The notes under the pieces were generated by a model. It was not told where the DNA came from. It did no database searches and saw only the letters and a program-made list of their open reading frames with translations. Below, piece by piece: positions 50,829-64,000 of a stretch of 64,000 nucleotides of DNA. A program made the position numbers and the translations under genes. Location of the stretch: the NCBI GenBank assembly GCA_030704615.1, contig CM060731.1:59644001-59708000 (forward strand), written 5' to 3'. Numbering within the stretch: position 1 is the stretch's first letter; every line of letters starts with the position of its first letter. The DNA is from Takakia lepidozioides. Lineage: Eukaryota; Plantae; Bryophyta.

Positions 50829-53658
50829 GACTTCTATCAAACTTGTAGACGCCAGGGCTTTGGGCTCCAGATTCAAGCGAATTTCACAATTCGCAGACCA
50901 CTAAGGGGTGAGTTTTAGAAACAACGAATTGTGTATTTAATAGAATAATGGCACTGTTGTTGTGTTTGGAGTGCACAGGCACTTGGAGGGAAGAATAAGT
51001 GTGGGAAAGGGCGGAATCTAAAACCTTTGCTAGCGTACAGATTTAATAGCACATCACTCTAGTCGTTTACTGAAACATACAAAAAGCACACCCAATGTGA
51101 GAATAACAGATTAGCATAGTTAAATGAGTATGGTACTAAAGTGAATGAGACCATCTCTTGCAGGAGTGACATTGGTCACACCAAGTCTAAGGCAACTGTG
51201 TAAGACTAGAGAACCTTAGGTTTAGATTCACATTGGTTCTACGTCACGAGATTGGGATATGCACAGAATAGATATGAGCAGGGCGCAGACCTGTGTATCT
51301 CACAGACTTTGAATATACCAGCTAATGTAAGGGGTGAAATGGAGACATTGTTATGCAGATAAACAAGTGAAAGTGGTGGGATGAAACCAGAATATAGGAA
51401 ACAGAGAGGCACACGTACGTCTACCGGGGACAACGGACCCGATGGACAAACCAGACGATGAAGGAAACTGCAGCAAAAATTGGATACAAACACTGAAGCA
51501 ACAAGGGATACTCCTGGATAGTAACTCAACACAGATGAGGAAACAACTAAAGGCTTGACAGGATCCAAGGTACAAGTTTCAACAGCTACAGACTGAGAAC
51601 ATCAGACTGTTCGACAAGCAGAGGAGAAAATGGAGCAAACTCCAATTCTCTCACACCCACAAATTTCTAGTGTCCGAATCCTTCGCAAGCTCAGCTCACT
51701 AAGGGATCATCTAAAACCTTTGCCAGTGCGCTCACACAAGGCAACCATCTCACGTGCACAGATCGCAGTAAACAGTGCGGGACCGCAGGGGTGGCAAAGC
51801 TTGGTGATCCGGTGGGCATCGGGCAGCAGCCGGAGCTCGCAAAACAGCCATGACCAGGGATATTCTCCAAATGGATCTCTCGATCCCTGCATCACACTAT
51901 AGCTCCCCCCCTCCCCTCGTCTCCATTCCTGCCTCCTTCATGGGAACCTCCGCTGCCGTCTGGACGGCCTTGGTAACTCTTCTGTCTGGTAATTCCTCTT
52001 TCTCCCCAACCCCCCAAAAATAGAAAAACATGAGAATTGTTTTTTGTTCATGAGAAATCTAATGGCGAGAATTACACAAATGTCAAAAAGTATGAAGAAC
52101 AATATAAAAAAAAAGTTTGGTCAAGCTCAAGAGATGATATGTTTGTATATGTGTTCCGATCGACCGATCCACGCGGCCTAATGCTGAAAGATCATGATCA
52201 AGTAGCGGCGGAATGCCAGCTACAGAACATGAAACAATATCTGGTCCGAGTGGGACGCACTTAGTCCGGCACACATTGGACTATCCGAAACTACTCGTCT
52301 GGATCAGGCATGTGTTTTCATCTCTTCCCGAAAGTAAAACATCTTTAAACAAAGTCCATATAATGGCTTCTTTATGAATGAATTTTCATGTCTGCGCCCC
52401 CTATCTCACAACAATCATCCTTTATAAAAATGGTTGCGACCACTTTGGATTCATTTTCTTTGGTTCGAAAGAATGCAAGCAGGCGATTTTTGATAAGGTA
52501 CAAGTCCTTAGGTTCACCCACGGAATTTTTTTTTTCCCTTTTTTTTTTGCAGAAGGTGGTTGGGAGATGAGAGTGGGTACACGCAAACCAGTTCCTATCC
52601 GTGTGCCATCTGATGGCCTTTTCGCTTACGTTCAGTAGCTGCTTCCCCATCACTAAGCTCCTATTTTTTTCTTTTGAAAATTTGAGAAGTTGCACACTTT
52701 TTTGTTTTCTCTTTTCCTTTTATTTATTTACTTGTTATTTATTTTGGGTGCACACAGTTGCAGTTTGGAATAACCAAGAATCTTGAGGATTGCACGTGTG
52801 ACAGAATATGCAGATCCACCAAGTGTGTCCTGCTTCCCTAGTTAGATCTCATAAGCCCCAAAATGGATGAATGAATGAACTCCAAATGGTGGCGCATTCC
52901 GCTCCTTGGTTACTGAGCCTTGACCCAAAGGGGGCCTTGGGTCAGTCAACCATAGCAGCCTTGTTGATTACCTTCATGTTCAGTCTTTTCCATTCTCTTC
53001 AATTTATTTGAACAAGAGTCTAACTTGGCCTAGGTAGTTTTTTTTTTTTTTTTTTCCGGCTGATCATGTGAGCAGAAAAGGATATTTCACATATTCTTGG
53101 AATATCTACAGAATTTCTGATGGAAAATCAAGAAAGTATGTTAAGAAATTGCAAAAATAAAATTCTGCCAACAAAACTCTCCATAAACTCAAATGTATGT
53201 GATATATTCTTTATTTTATGTTATTTTTTCTTGAACGAACAGGGGACAGTGGCCCTGGAAAATCTGTTTGGAATCATTTCAGGGAAAAGTTTTAAAACCC
53301 CAGGTACACCATGAGGAACACACACTTAGTCAGTGAAGAGAGAACCGTACCCCATTGGGGGGGAGATGAACCAACACAGTGACACCGCAGAGAAACCAGA
53401 AGGACTCTGGCCTTCAAAGTGCAAGAATCAAACACCTAGGAAACCTGAGGAAGACGCCTATGCTACCTATGCGGGACAAATAATTGACGGAAGTGGAGTC
53501 TAGAAGCCAGCTAGTTGATGTCTCTCTCAAATTCTGGAGCGGCCATGGATGGTGGCGCGGATAGATTGCCTGCGTTCGGGTGCTCGGTCCAGCTGTTAGT
53601 TCTATGATGGGTCCCTATGGTCCTCATCTCGTTCTTAGGATATCAATTCCCTCCAGGG

Positions 53659-53945
53659 TAGTGTTTTTTTTTCTGGCAAAAAATCGTCAGATTTCGACCT
53701 GGCAAATCGGTCAGCTACTTGTACCAAGGAATTATGGGGGGTAAAATCCTAGATTTTCGCCAAAAGGCACCAGCGGATGAATATCAGGAGCCTAATTTTG
53801 CTGACATGGACAGTTAAACGTGCCACCTGGAATATAGCCACTTTTCTAGCCATCACCTGGTGATTCTCGCCACATGGGCACTGGTACAATTCACAGGTGG
53901 CCCCGCCTGTGATTTTGGAAAAATGGAAAAAAAACAAAAACACTG
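53659..53945. mobile_element. hAT-type MITE, copy 1
   Basis: TIRs (T)AGTGTTTTT...AAAAACACTG; 8-bp TSD CTCCAGGG/CTCAAGGG with one mismatch. The interior is a diverged reverse-complement match to 56614-56892. Confidence 0.85.
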
Positions 53946-56613
53946 CTCAAGGGATTTAATTTTTATCCCTCTAAAATGTGACCACAGTTCAAAATAAGAT
54001 GAGATGAAGCAACAGAAGGACTAGTAGCTGCCCCTCCTGAGCTTTGGCAGATCAAAGGAGAGCTGAGCCTTGGATTTTCCTTTCCTAAAACTACAGCGAT
54101 GCCGCCAATTGACTGCTAATTGACTTTAGAGTCATCGTCGTCAGCCGGAACGACTAGTGCTAAGGGAACTCCAATGCGGGAGGGCATCATGCCATTCCCC
54201 TATAAAGAATTGTATTTCCGTTTGCAAAAATATTCCCCTATAATCATGGAGTGTGCTAACCAGCTAAGGTTTTTTTCCTGCTCACCCTGTGCACCAACCG
54301 GGATGTTGTCCTCAAACTTTTACATAAAGGGGAAAATTTGCTGATTTTTCCTTTGATTGCTTCCTTTCATTTCCTTCTTCTTGTACTGGAGTGGTCTCAG
54401 CAACAGGCCAAAATGGCTCACAATTCAGAGAAAGGGTGAAAAATAACTTAGGTGTTCCCAGTTTTAAGGGCGCCTTCAAAGGCAAAGCAAAAGCAGTTTT
54501 AGGGCAGTTTTGGAATGTCAGCCAAATAGCTATTTTTATTACCTGTCAGTTATCACCAAGTGTCCTCACATGTTAAATGTAGAATCTATAGCCTGCCAGG
54601 CTGGCTATAGTCAAGGTTCTGCCGCTCTAACTACAAAGCAAAAAACCAAGAATGTTCTGAATACTAGTTAAGGTTGTATTTTAAATTTTCGAAAAACCAT
54701 TCATACAATCAAACTTTTGCACTAATTTGTAGGCAATGTGCTGTTAGCAAAGCAAAATATATGTATATATTTATTTATCTAACTGTATATACATATATAT
54801 ATGTGACGCCAACCAAAGATAGCGTAAATAAGAGCCTCTTCCCCTTGCAGGTAACTTACTGTCCCGTTTGGGGGGTGGGCTCTATGTATCAAAGCAAGGA
54901 TCATTCTCTGATGCTTTTGTTAGAGCAAACATAATGAAAGTTAAAAAGCACTCCTTTCCTTTTGGCGACAATGATGATGCTCATGATCCGACATGGTAAG
55001 AAAAAAATGTCATTTAGGGAACAATGGGAACAATAGACCGCAATGTACCCCTTGGAGTAACCAAATCATCATTTACCTTTGTAGCCGGCACGGTAAAGAG
55101 GCCACATAATGGGGGCGATTTTATTTTATTCATTATATACTTGACAGGTTGAGAGGAAAAGTTGACAAAACTTAGTCTGACCAAAGATGTAGAAACGCCA
55201 AATTGATTTGCCTAGAGATTTTTGGACTGAGTAAGTCGGTTTGGACAAACACCCTATATCTTGGGAACTTGGTGTTCCAACGTGCTGGAATTGGGTGGTG
55301 GACGATGGTTTTCTCTACTCCATTGAAGTTCCAGGAAGCTGATCCCACTTTATATGAACAAAAAGTCGTCCTCCCTAGCTCCGCAAGCCCCCACATGTAC
55401 GACAAAGTGGTGCCCTAGCACGCCGAATTGGCATGACATGTCTATAATTGTGAGATACAGATATAATTTGGTGCAACCGGTGTTGACGATAGTTACAAGG
55501 TCTATATGCTTACAATCAATGGTGGCCCTGACTTACAATCGGTAGTGACTCTTGGGATTCTTTTTACTTTTCTACTTTCTTTTTCTTTTTCTTTTAAAAG
55601 CAAAAAAAACGTGGCAACAGTGGAGTGACCCGGTCTTTGAAGCTGCAAACTGCAAACCGTGTGGTCAGCTCAATTCTGTAATTTCGCCCATCCAGTTTAA
55701 GAATATTATAAAAAAGAGCATATGGAAGAGAAATTTGCTCCCAAGACGTATGAGACATAATACTTCGGCCGCACCAATCTTATTGTTCCCGATGGATGCA
55801 GCAACCTCATCATGCTATGGAATATCTAAGCAAGACATTAGCTCATCCCTGGTTTTTTGGGTCAATAGTCAAACCATTTCAACTCATCATTTTGTGAATG
55901 TGAAATTGGAAAGAGGATTTCCATATGAAGAAACGGGTCAAATACGTTTTCTAAACTATAGAGATGAAATATATTCATCTTTGTCCATAAAAACAAAACT
56001 AAATAATCTTTGTCAACATAACATTATGTAAATGATTTACATTGTAGTTTTCATATTGATCGCTACATCTGTATTGGGTTTCGTTTTATGTCTCATAATG
56101 TGCTTCTTTGGGAGCATTAGTTGCAAGCTCAAATGACTATCAACCAAAGATGTTTTATTCTTACTTTTTCAAATGATCCTCATCATTGCAGTTTGTTCTA
56201 CCTCTTAAGCGGATGAGATGAGACTACACAGATTTTTTGAAGAAAACATTAATGATTTTACTATAATAATGCACAACATAACTAACTTTAATTTTGTCAA
56301 GCTCGAGGATTATGTTACAATGAAAATGCCAAATAATGATTTATGCTGGAGGTAGGAGTACTATAGCTCTATGGGTTCAAGGGGCAGGAAATTGAAAGAT
56401 GATCCATGCACTAGTAAAGGAAGAATCCTCATTCACCATGAGATATATTTAGGAAAATAAGTGGTCATGGACTCTTGTCAAAGCAAGCATAACTGTCACT
56501 TGTTCAAGCCTATTGTTGGTACTTGAATGATTGCATGTTGGACCAGCAATTGTTTCTTAGGCTCAAGTTGATGCATATTGCATGGTTGATTAGTCTGGTT
56601 ACATGGTTGTCAG

Positions 56614-56892
56614 CAGTGTTTTTTTTTTCACTTTTCCAAAATCGCAGGCAGGGCGACATGTAGATTCTACCCAGTGCCCATATGGCAAGACTAACGAGGT
56701 GACCTAGTTAGAAAAGTGGCTATATTACAGGTGTCATATTTTAACATGTTCACGTAGGACAAATCTGGCTCCTGATATTTAACCATTGGGGCTTTCTGGC
56801 GATTTTTAGGTTTTTACTCCCGTAATTCTTTAGTAAAAGTAGCTGACCCATTTTCCAGGTCAAAATCTGGCAAGCCAGATTAAAAAACACTG
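56614..56892. mobile_element. hAT-type MITE, copy 2 (opposite orientation)
   Basis: TIRs CAGTGTTTTTT...AAAAAACACTG; perfect 8-bp TSD GTTGTCAG at 56606-56613 and 56893-56900. Confidence 0.92.
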
Positions 56893-58549
56893 GTTGTCAG
56901 GCATGTGGAGTTTGGAAAGGAGTTTCATGCCACTAATGGTATCATGGTTTAATAGTGGGCCTAGACATATGCAGCTCATGTAGTAAGGAAAAAGTTGCGC
57001 CCAACTGGAATGAAGAAGGTGAAACACTACTTCTTGTTATCAGTAGCTAATAGATTTCTCTATTTACTGTTCAATCAATTAATTCTGGTATTTGCGGCTA
57101 GTACACTTCTAGTTGGTATGGGGCCGATTGACTAATATTTATTCTCTACAAATGGCTTTTTATCTTTACTGTCATATTTAAAAATAAGGGAATTCAAAAT
57201 CAAATCATTCACACTCTCTAAGTCTTGAGTAGATAACGAACAAAGATGAGCAAATTTTCTAGAAACAATTGTATCAAATATAACAAATAAATTCCATGAA
57301 AAATATTATATATATATATCATTTATTTATCTCAAAAACAAATCTATGAATGACAATGTCTCATTATTCTGAAAAATAGATTTAAAAGAAAATATGACAT
57401 TTCCTTAATAATAAAATATATATTATAGTGTTCATGCCAAAGGAGTACTACCTCTGATTGAAAGGTGGGCATTTTGAACCTTACATCAACTAGATTATGC
57501 ACATGCAAGATACAAATAATCATTGGGTTACGCATGTCATTGCCAAGAAAATAAAAAAGAAGGTAGATTCTATCATTCTTGCCAAAGTAAGTGTAACTTA
57601 TGGTGTCACTTCACCCCAAAGGACTCCTTTGCCTTCTGTTTGAAGGTGGACATCTTCTAGCTGCCGTAACCAAGGCACGTAGTTGCCCAACCCTTCCCCA
57701 AGTATCTGAAGTCCTCAAGTACTTGCACATTAAATAATCAGCTGACCCCATAATTATCCAGATTCTTTGATAGTTGGATATGTAACAATGTTCACTAAAA
57801 GAAAAGATGTATTCTTGAGCAGCCTACTTATTAATGACTCACTATCCAATACCACTCAATACACTATTAATATACTACTAGATAAATAGTTTCAATAGCC
57901 AATTTTATGTGGCAGCATAGAAATTTATTAGAAAAACTCTCTATTTGTAATTAATATTATAATTTGATTTATCCTAGAAATATATGTAATTAACTTATGT
58001 ATAATAAAATATTTATTATACATTTTAAATAATAAAGAATGAAATGAAATACTCATCTACATTTAATTATTATACATAATATTTAAAATAATATATTAAA
58101 AATATTGACTTTTGTCGAAACAAGCACAATTTATATTCATATCACTAATTTATCGTAAGGACTTCGATTGCGGAAGGTAAACATTGGCCCTTAGGAAGAT
58201 CATTGGGAAGGTAAACATTGTTCATTGGCCATAATTGAGCTCATAGGCTCACGGTCTGCGCTCACGACCTAGCATCAAATACTTACAGAGGGTCACACAA
58301 GACTTTATATTACACACTGGCGATGTAATCTAAAATCTTGTGTTGCCTTCACGTAAGTCTTGCCATGCACGAGCCTGAAATGTGTTTGCTCTGTCAATGC
58401 TTAAAATTATGTGTTGAAAGTGTGAGTTGGCAGAAGTCCATTGAACATCATGTCGACAAAAAACATTACCAAAGCGAGTTTGTGAGGGCATCTGTGAGAG
58501 GGGATAGATTGAAAGGATGTAACGTTGTTCCAATTTATCCTTGTTATAG

Positions 58550-59180
58550 ATTACATCGTACGACGGGAGATCTCCCATCGTCCTTCGACGGGAGGCCTCT
58601 CGTCCTCTTTTGACCATTCCCATCTGTGTGTTGGGACTGTCCAGTTACTGAATGGTACTAACTGGCTTATGTTTGATCCATCAGGAATCAAACTATACGT
58701 CCGAGTGCATCCACCAACGACTCCAGCCGTGATTAAGGAGTTCGCCATCACTCATGGGGGCAAGTTCATAGACGAGAGGACAGATCCTCCCACGGATGAC
58801 ATGCACCACAACTAAGTGGACAACAACATGTGCTTGCAAAGGGGGAATGGGGTTCCTTGGAGAGGGGCCAGGGAGAGGAGCCCGGCTTTCATTCAAACGA
58901 TTGTGGAGTGCTGCACACCGACGCTAGAGTTTTGGATTTGTCCATAGGCACAGGTTCGTCTCTTCATCCTTCACATTTGATCGAGTTTGTTTGTGCATGC
59001 ACTTTCAGCACTTCCCACTATTTGAAAAGAGTCTTCAATGTTTGTTTCCTTCCTTCTATTCCATTGCAGGTGCTTCGTACCACGTTTGCAAGGCCAGTGC
59101 GCGACATCTCTTTGGGATTGAAGGGGATGCCAAAATTTACACCATACCCTGCATTCACCTATCAAGTTTCAACAATACCT
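58550..59180 (+). pseudogene. Spliced fragment of a SAM-dependent methyltransferase resembling the C-terminal half of beta-class N4/N6 DNA methyltransferases
   Basis: PWRGARERSPAFIQTIVECCT, frameshift, DARVLDLSIGT-G, then a GT-AG intron at 58954-59069, then ASYHVCKASARHLFGIEGDAKIY. An in-frame TAA lies at 58813. Confidence 0.6.
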
Positions 59181-60199
59181 AGCGATAAGAAGGGTCTTGT
59201 TGCTGATGAATTTTTTTTATATATAAATTTGAAATATAAGTCAATAGTACCTGGCGCTCTTAACGTTAGAATGAAAATTATGCATGAGTAGTTGGGATGA
59301 AGAACCGGTGCTGATTTTTTGTTTTCTTTTTTGGTCCAGTGATTAGGTACTAGATATGTACTAATCTGCCTTTCATTTATTTGTGAATCTTCCACATTCA
59401 AAGTCTTAGCTTTCAGACTGTGTCATGAACGTCACTTAGCTCAAGAGTATGGAATGCATACATTACCAAAACAAGAGGGAAGGGCAGGACTTAATGATAG
59501 TGGTAGCGGAGCCATCATCATGACTCATGTCTGCAACCAAAAAGTTCAAAAGTTCAAAATAAACTGTGAATCCCTGAATAACTGTGCACAGCCCACTACA
59601 ATTGCACCTCGACGAAACCCAGCTACCTCTTGCCACCTTATATACTGGGTCATCTGCTGAATACTCAGAACAACAATATAGGCTCCTCCATCTCAAATAC
59701 CAATATCTACTGCCAACCACATACCCTTGGACATATGCAGACACTATTGTCGTATAGCCTTCTCCAGAAACCCAAAGCGCAATGCAACTGCATATCGGTC
59801 ACCACAAACCAAACCTTGGCCCTCATTAATTCTCATTTTGAGAAAAAATCAATCTATATGCACTCTGTCGCCACAACTTGTCATTCAAAAGAAGCTCGTA
59901 CCGGATGAAATATGGCTTTGCACCGCCACTCAATATTGTTCATGCATTGCAGGCTCCCCCCAGCTGCATAACATCACGTTAAATACACTCTATCGCTAAT
60001 CCCCTTTACACTATGCCTTGTGCCGACAAAACAACAAGTCATATCATGAAAATATCTCTCTACCAGAGCACTATCCACCTCCAAAATTGCCAGACTTGCA
60101 CCACATAGTATCCACCCAATTGGTACTCTTAATTTACGAAGAATGTCTTCAGATGGTTGAAAGTAATAGTATATCTAGATGGAGTTTGTCTGTGTTGTA

Positions 60200-61671
60200 A
60201 TATTCGAAGCCTAGAAAGTGTTCGAAAGCAATTTTATTGTCATTCTGCGATCAACTCTTGGGAAGCGGGAAAATGCGAGGTTTGTCAAAAGATTCAAGTA
60301 AGTTTTCTACTTTGAAAACCTATTTGCATTACAACACTTTCATACTATCGGCCCCTCTTCATCTCCTTGAGTAAGAGTACTTAAAACTACTATTCATTTG
60401 TTTGTGAGAGTTGCTCAATAGGTTTCGACCAATAATGAGTTATTAGACAAGTAGTATAAAACTATATATGTGTGTCAAGACTTGATTTTCTCATGTATGG
60501 TTTTCTATGCAGAAACGTGATTTTGGAGTTCGTAAAGCTTTATGACGTTTCATATTCACCTGCCAATGGTTGGGTGGAGAAAATCTCTTTTGGAGCGTTT
60601 GTAGAGGGCTTGAGGCTTCTTTTATGATATAGAGATTGCATCTGATGTTTCAAAAAAGAAACTAGATGACTTGTCAACTAAAGGATTGGCTATATTTGTG
60701 TATTATATTGTGAGAAGGTTTGGATTTTGTCTGGAGTTCGATTTTTTGAAAGTATCATGTGTTATTGATATTCTTCAAGGCTCCTTCAAATACATGAGGA
60801 AATTATCCTCGTCAAGTCGAGGAGGTTGTACGATTAGTGAGGCAAACAGCCCCTGAAGTTTTATGCGAGTTTGTTGTCCCATGAATTAACTAAATGATTC
60901 CGACATTTGGCCGTGGTAGGGAAATGCAAATTGGACGTTCTTCAAATATCGAAGAAGAAAGTGACCCTCGAGCTTTGCAAGATAAGTAGAAGAATCTATA
61001 AAAAGTCACTCGGCATGAATTCCAAACCATATGCGATAAAACATAGGGTCCAACAAACTCTTGAAAAATAAAAATTCTAAAGGATTTAATTTTAACAAAG
61101 AGTTGTGGTATTATGAAAATTACATTCATAGAAAGATAGAGGTACTTCTTCGCCTTTGTGTTACAATTTTCTTAAAAAGAATATATGGGAAGAAAAAATA
61201 AAAATAAGGGGCTGATTCCCTTCACCATTATGATTCCCCTGGGTGGATGAACGTAAGTAGGTGACTATGGATGAAGTATGAGGTGATGGATAGAGTTACG
61301 AAGAGGTGACGATTTGTCTTACTGTGGAAGTTGATGAGCGGGCTGATGATGAATGTTGGTGGCTGGGCAGAGTCCAGAAGATAGGGAGGAAGGTGGGCAC
61401 AATGTCAAGACACCTTATTGACCTCATGAACAAGTCACTAGTAAGCAAGAGGAAGACCGTTACTACGGGGCCAACTATCATGGTCTTGCTCAATTGGTTT
61501 ACTAAGACCCGGGGAATCTTAAGTTCAAATATAATGGTACTGATTCTCTGAATAGATATAGATACCATTATCTCTATTATCACTTTAACTTATCAGCCAA
61601 AGAAAAACTTGTATGTGTTAGATAGCAATGATGCACACTCATTGAATCAGTTTGTTAGTGAACGACAGTAG
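60200..61671 (+). pseudogene. Heavily degraded DNA-transposase relic, possibly hAT-like
   Basis: Faint CxxH-like (~60325) and KT*F (TRF-like, ~60478) remnants. A more intact C-terminal piece reads WWLGRVQKI...IDLMNK...VLLNWF...IDIDTIISII.LTY...YVLD. Confidence 0.3.
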
Positions 61672-62209
61672 GCCATATTTACCTGAATAAAGTTCATGTA
61701 TTTTATTGTTTGCTGTGCATGTGCTGTTACTGTTTTTTTTTCTCCCCCTTCAAATTGAAATTTACACAATATTTTAAAGTAAATTTGGGTGTTAATACAA
61801 TGATCTAGTACTTGTATAATTCAAAATAGGGTGTCTACAAAAAACTCGTATTACAAGATTATGTAATGCAAGGGTTAAAAAGAACAAAAACAAAAACAAA
61901 TAATAGGTACCCTCAACTATACACCCTTTTGTTTGCAGATGGTAATAAAATTTTACAAGGAGTGACCATGGTATAGGATTTGCATAATTACCAAGTTGAT
62001 TGAACTTCATTGAAATGTTCATGATGACGATATAGGGTCATCTTCGAAAAGGCGGTCGAAAGGTAAAAACGACTTCTAGTTATGACAACTTCAATGTAGT
62101 ATGAAGTCTCTCTTTTAATAATCATGTAGGTGCAAGTGAAACGTTCATATGTTATTACGCTTGCTTGATGCACAATTAATACCTAAACACTATGTACACC
62201 AATTCATTT

Positions 62210-62969
62210 GGTTAGTTTGGGAAGGTCAGGTAACCCGACATGTGGGAAGAGCCAATCTGTGGGACCGCAAGAGGCTTGGAGAGGAGGGACATGGCTCGAC
62301 ATGATGTAGATACATGTACGCCTAGGCTAGCGTAGAAGTAGGAGGTGGGCCCTCTTTTTACTTCTAGAGAATTCTAGAAGCGGGAGGAGTCGGTGGGTCT
62401 GTTCCTTCAGATCTGCAAGTTGGCAAGCTACTCCCCACTTGGGAGGCAAGCGGGTAACTCTCAAAATCAGGGCTGACTGTGTCCTCCGAGTCCAAGTGCG
62501 GCATAGATAGAACATCATTGTCGTCACAAAGGAGGTTCAGGAGTAGAGGAAACCCTCTTCCTCTTTATGTTCGTGCCTGCTGCATCGCCCTGCTCCATTA
62601 AAGGGATGATGAACGGATCAACTCCAGAGATGATAAGGCCACTTAGGCTGCATGGCTAAACAGAGAATGTGAACCAGCCCTGTGATGGTTCTCAGAAAGA
62701 ACATAAGAGTGAGGAGAAAAGATAAGAGGAGGAGAGGGGCCGGGTAAGCTACTGCACAGCTTGATCGAACAAATTCAAAGGTGTTGCGGCCATAACAAAT
62801 GCTTGTACTTGGTGACCCTCGCGGGCATACTCACGCTGTGGATGATTAGTTGTGTACAGAGAGAATCACAAGAGCACATGCAATCACCACTCTTCATGAG
62901 ATCAACGGGAGCACGCCATGACTGTCTTCTCTTCCGCTGCGGCGGTTGTGGTGTGTAATTTGGTTACAA
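62210..62969. mobile_element. Possible solo-LTR relic
   Basis: GC-richer non-coding block ending in GGTTACA, with a CTCTTCCGCTG motif also seen at 20335 in the LTR relic. Confidence 0.25.
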
Positions 62970-64000
62970 CTCTGACTATGCAGTATAGATAGTTAGGGTA
63001 AAGATGGGGGCCCTCTGTTCTCACTACAGTTGTATCATTATTCAAAGAGATGTGCTTGCAAGGCACTCAACCAGACGTTGTGATCCTTCTAGCGGCTTGT
63101 GCTTTTAGACCTCATGTAAAAGAAGCTTGCAGCAGCCGTGAAGAGAAGAGGGGTGAAGCCACCTGTGATGACCTACACATCCCTAATCCCTGTGTATGCA
63201 AATGCTCTAGTTGTAGCATAAGTAACCAAACTTCCTGTGAGTCACCTTGAGGGTTCTTGTTATCATCGTGGTCTATTGAATTGTATGGATTTGTAGGCTA
63301 TAAATTGAAGCACAAGAACCAACCCTAGCCCAAGTGCCCAGAATGCATCTGTCCATCGGGAGTCTTGCTTGTTACCATTCAGAGATCATCACTCAAGGAC
63401 CTGTAGAGAATGGCCCGCATACACATTTCCAATCCGACCACACACTTTTGTGTGCCAACTGTCGTAGATGAGCATAATTATTAGTCGACGTTAGATAGCT
63501 AGTCACTGCCATGCAGCCTGACGTTGGTGCTGATCTGATTTTGCTGGGATTTTTCAGGGATGCCTCTTATGCTGTCTATACATTTAGGTACAGTTTGTGA
63601 ACTACTGAGATTGCTGGAACAACAGTAATCAAACATTTAGCATGTCGATTGATGGACATAATGTCGAGCAACTCTGAAATCCCTTCCAGCAGAACTAGCA
63701 AAATTAGACCTACAGCTCACAACATAGTTGAGCCTGGACTAATTACGTACGACTTGCAGTGTTACTGATGCCTACAAAGAATGGACGTTCGTATCTGTCA
63801 TGCTCACAAGTGAAGAATTCAAAAAGTTTCAACCAGCTCATCATATGAAAGTCTAAGAGCTGGGATGGACCTCTTCTTCCTTGGACTCAATCTTTTTCCG
63901 GGAGGCTGTTCAAATGTTACCGTCTTCTTGATACGGAGAGATTTCTGGTTAATAACGGAAGGTGGGGACCAATCCATCTCTTCAGGCTCCTCTTTGGCTG

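Noticed and set aside
54586-54670. Helitron 3' end (CTATAGCC..GGCTATAG hairpin plus CTAGT)
   Set aside because: The CTAG is about 55 bp from the hairpin rather than about 10-12 bp, and there is no second copy in the window.
55140-56100. ORFs 55203-55418 and 55552-56031 as genes
   Set aside because: Non-ATG starts, AT-rich composition and no recognisable domain.
58790-58800. DPPT (about 58783-58794) as the methyltransferase catalytic motif IV
   Set aside because: It lacks the aromatic residue and lies too close to motif I for a beta-class arrangement.
59400-60200. Minus-strand MULE or spliced gene fragment
   Set aside because: Some splice-like sites and a VVTD motif are present, but no consistent reading frame could be assembled.

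Overview
This is eukaryotic, intron-rich land-plant nuclear DNA; the gene and TE families suggest a non-seed plant such as a bryophyte (inference). It holds four host genes: an AAGAB/p34/Irc6-like GTPase-fold protein (-), the nucleoporin ALADIN/AAAS (+, with a U12 AT-AC intron), and two tandem RLK/Pelle cytoplasmic kinases (-). One kinase is a USP-domain kinase with an internal 46-aa duplication; the other is a spliced pseudokinase paralogue. The rest is TE-rich. It includes (1) the right ~10.4 kb of a CACTA/En-Spm element whose TnpD- and TnpA-like genes are head-to-head, with an FCP1/NIF phosphatase domain inside the TnpA-like gene; (2) a SWIM-finger transposase relic followed by a ~1.5-kb tandem array; (3) a full-length but decayed piggyBac with perfect TIRs, TTAA target duplications and a second overlapping ORF; (4) a 25S rRNA fragment, LINE 3' ends in introns, hAT MITEs and LTR relics; and (5) a spliced pseudogene with the SAM-binding region typical of beta-class N4/N6 DNA methyltransferases. 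Exon coordinates were read by eye, and all domain calls come from motif recognition, not database searches.
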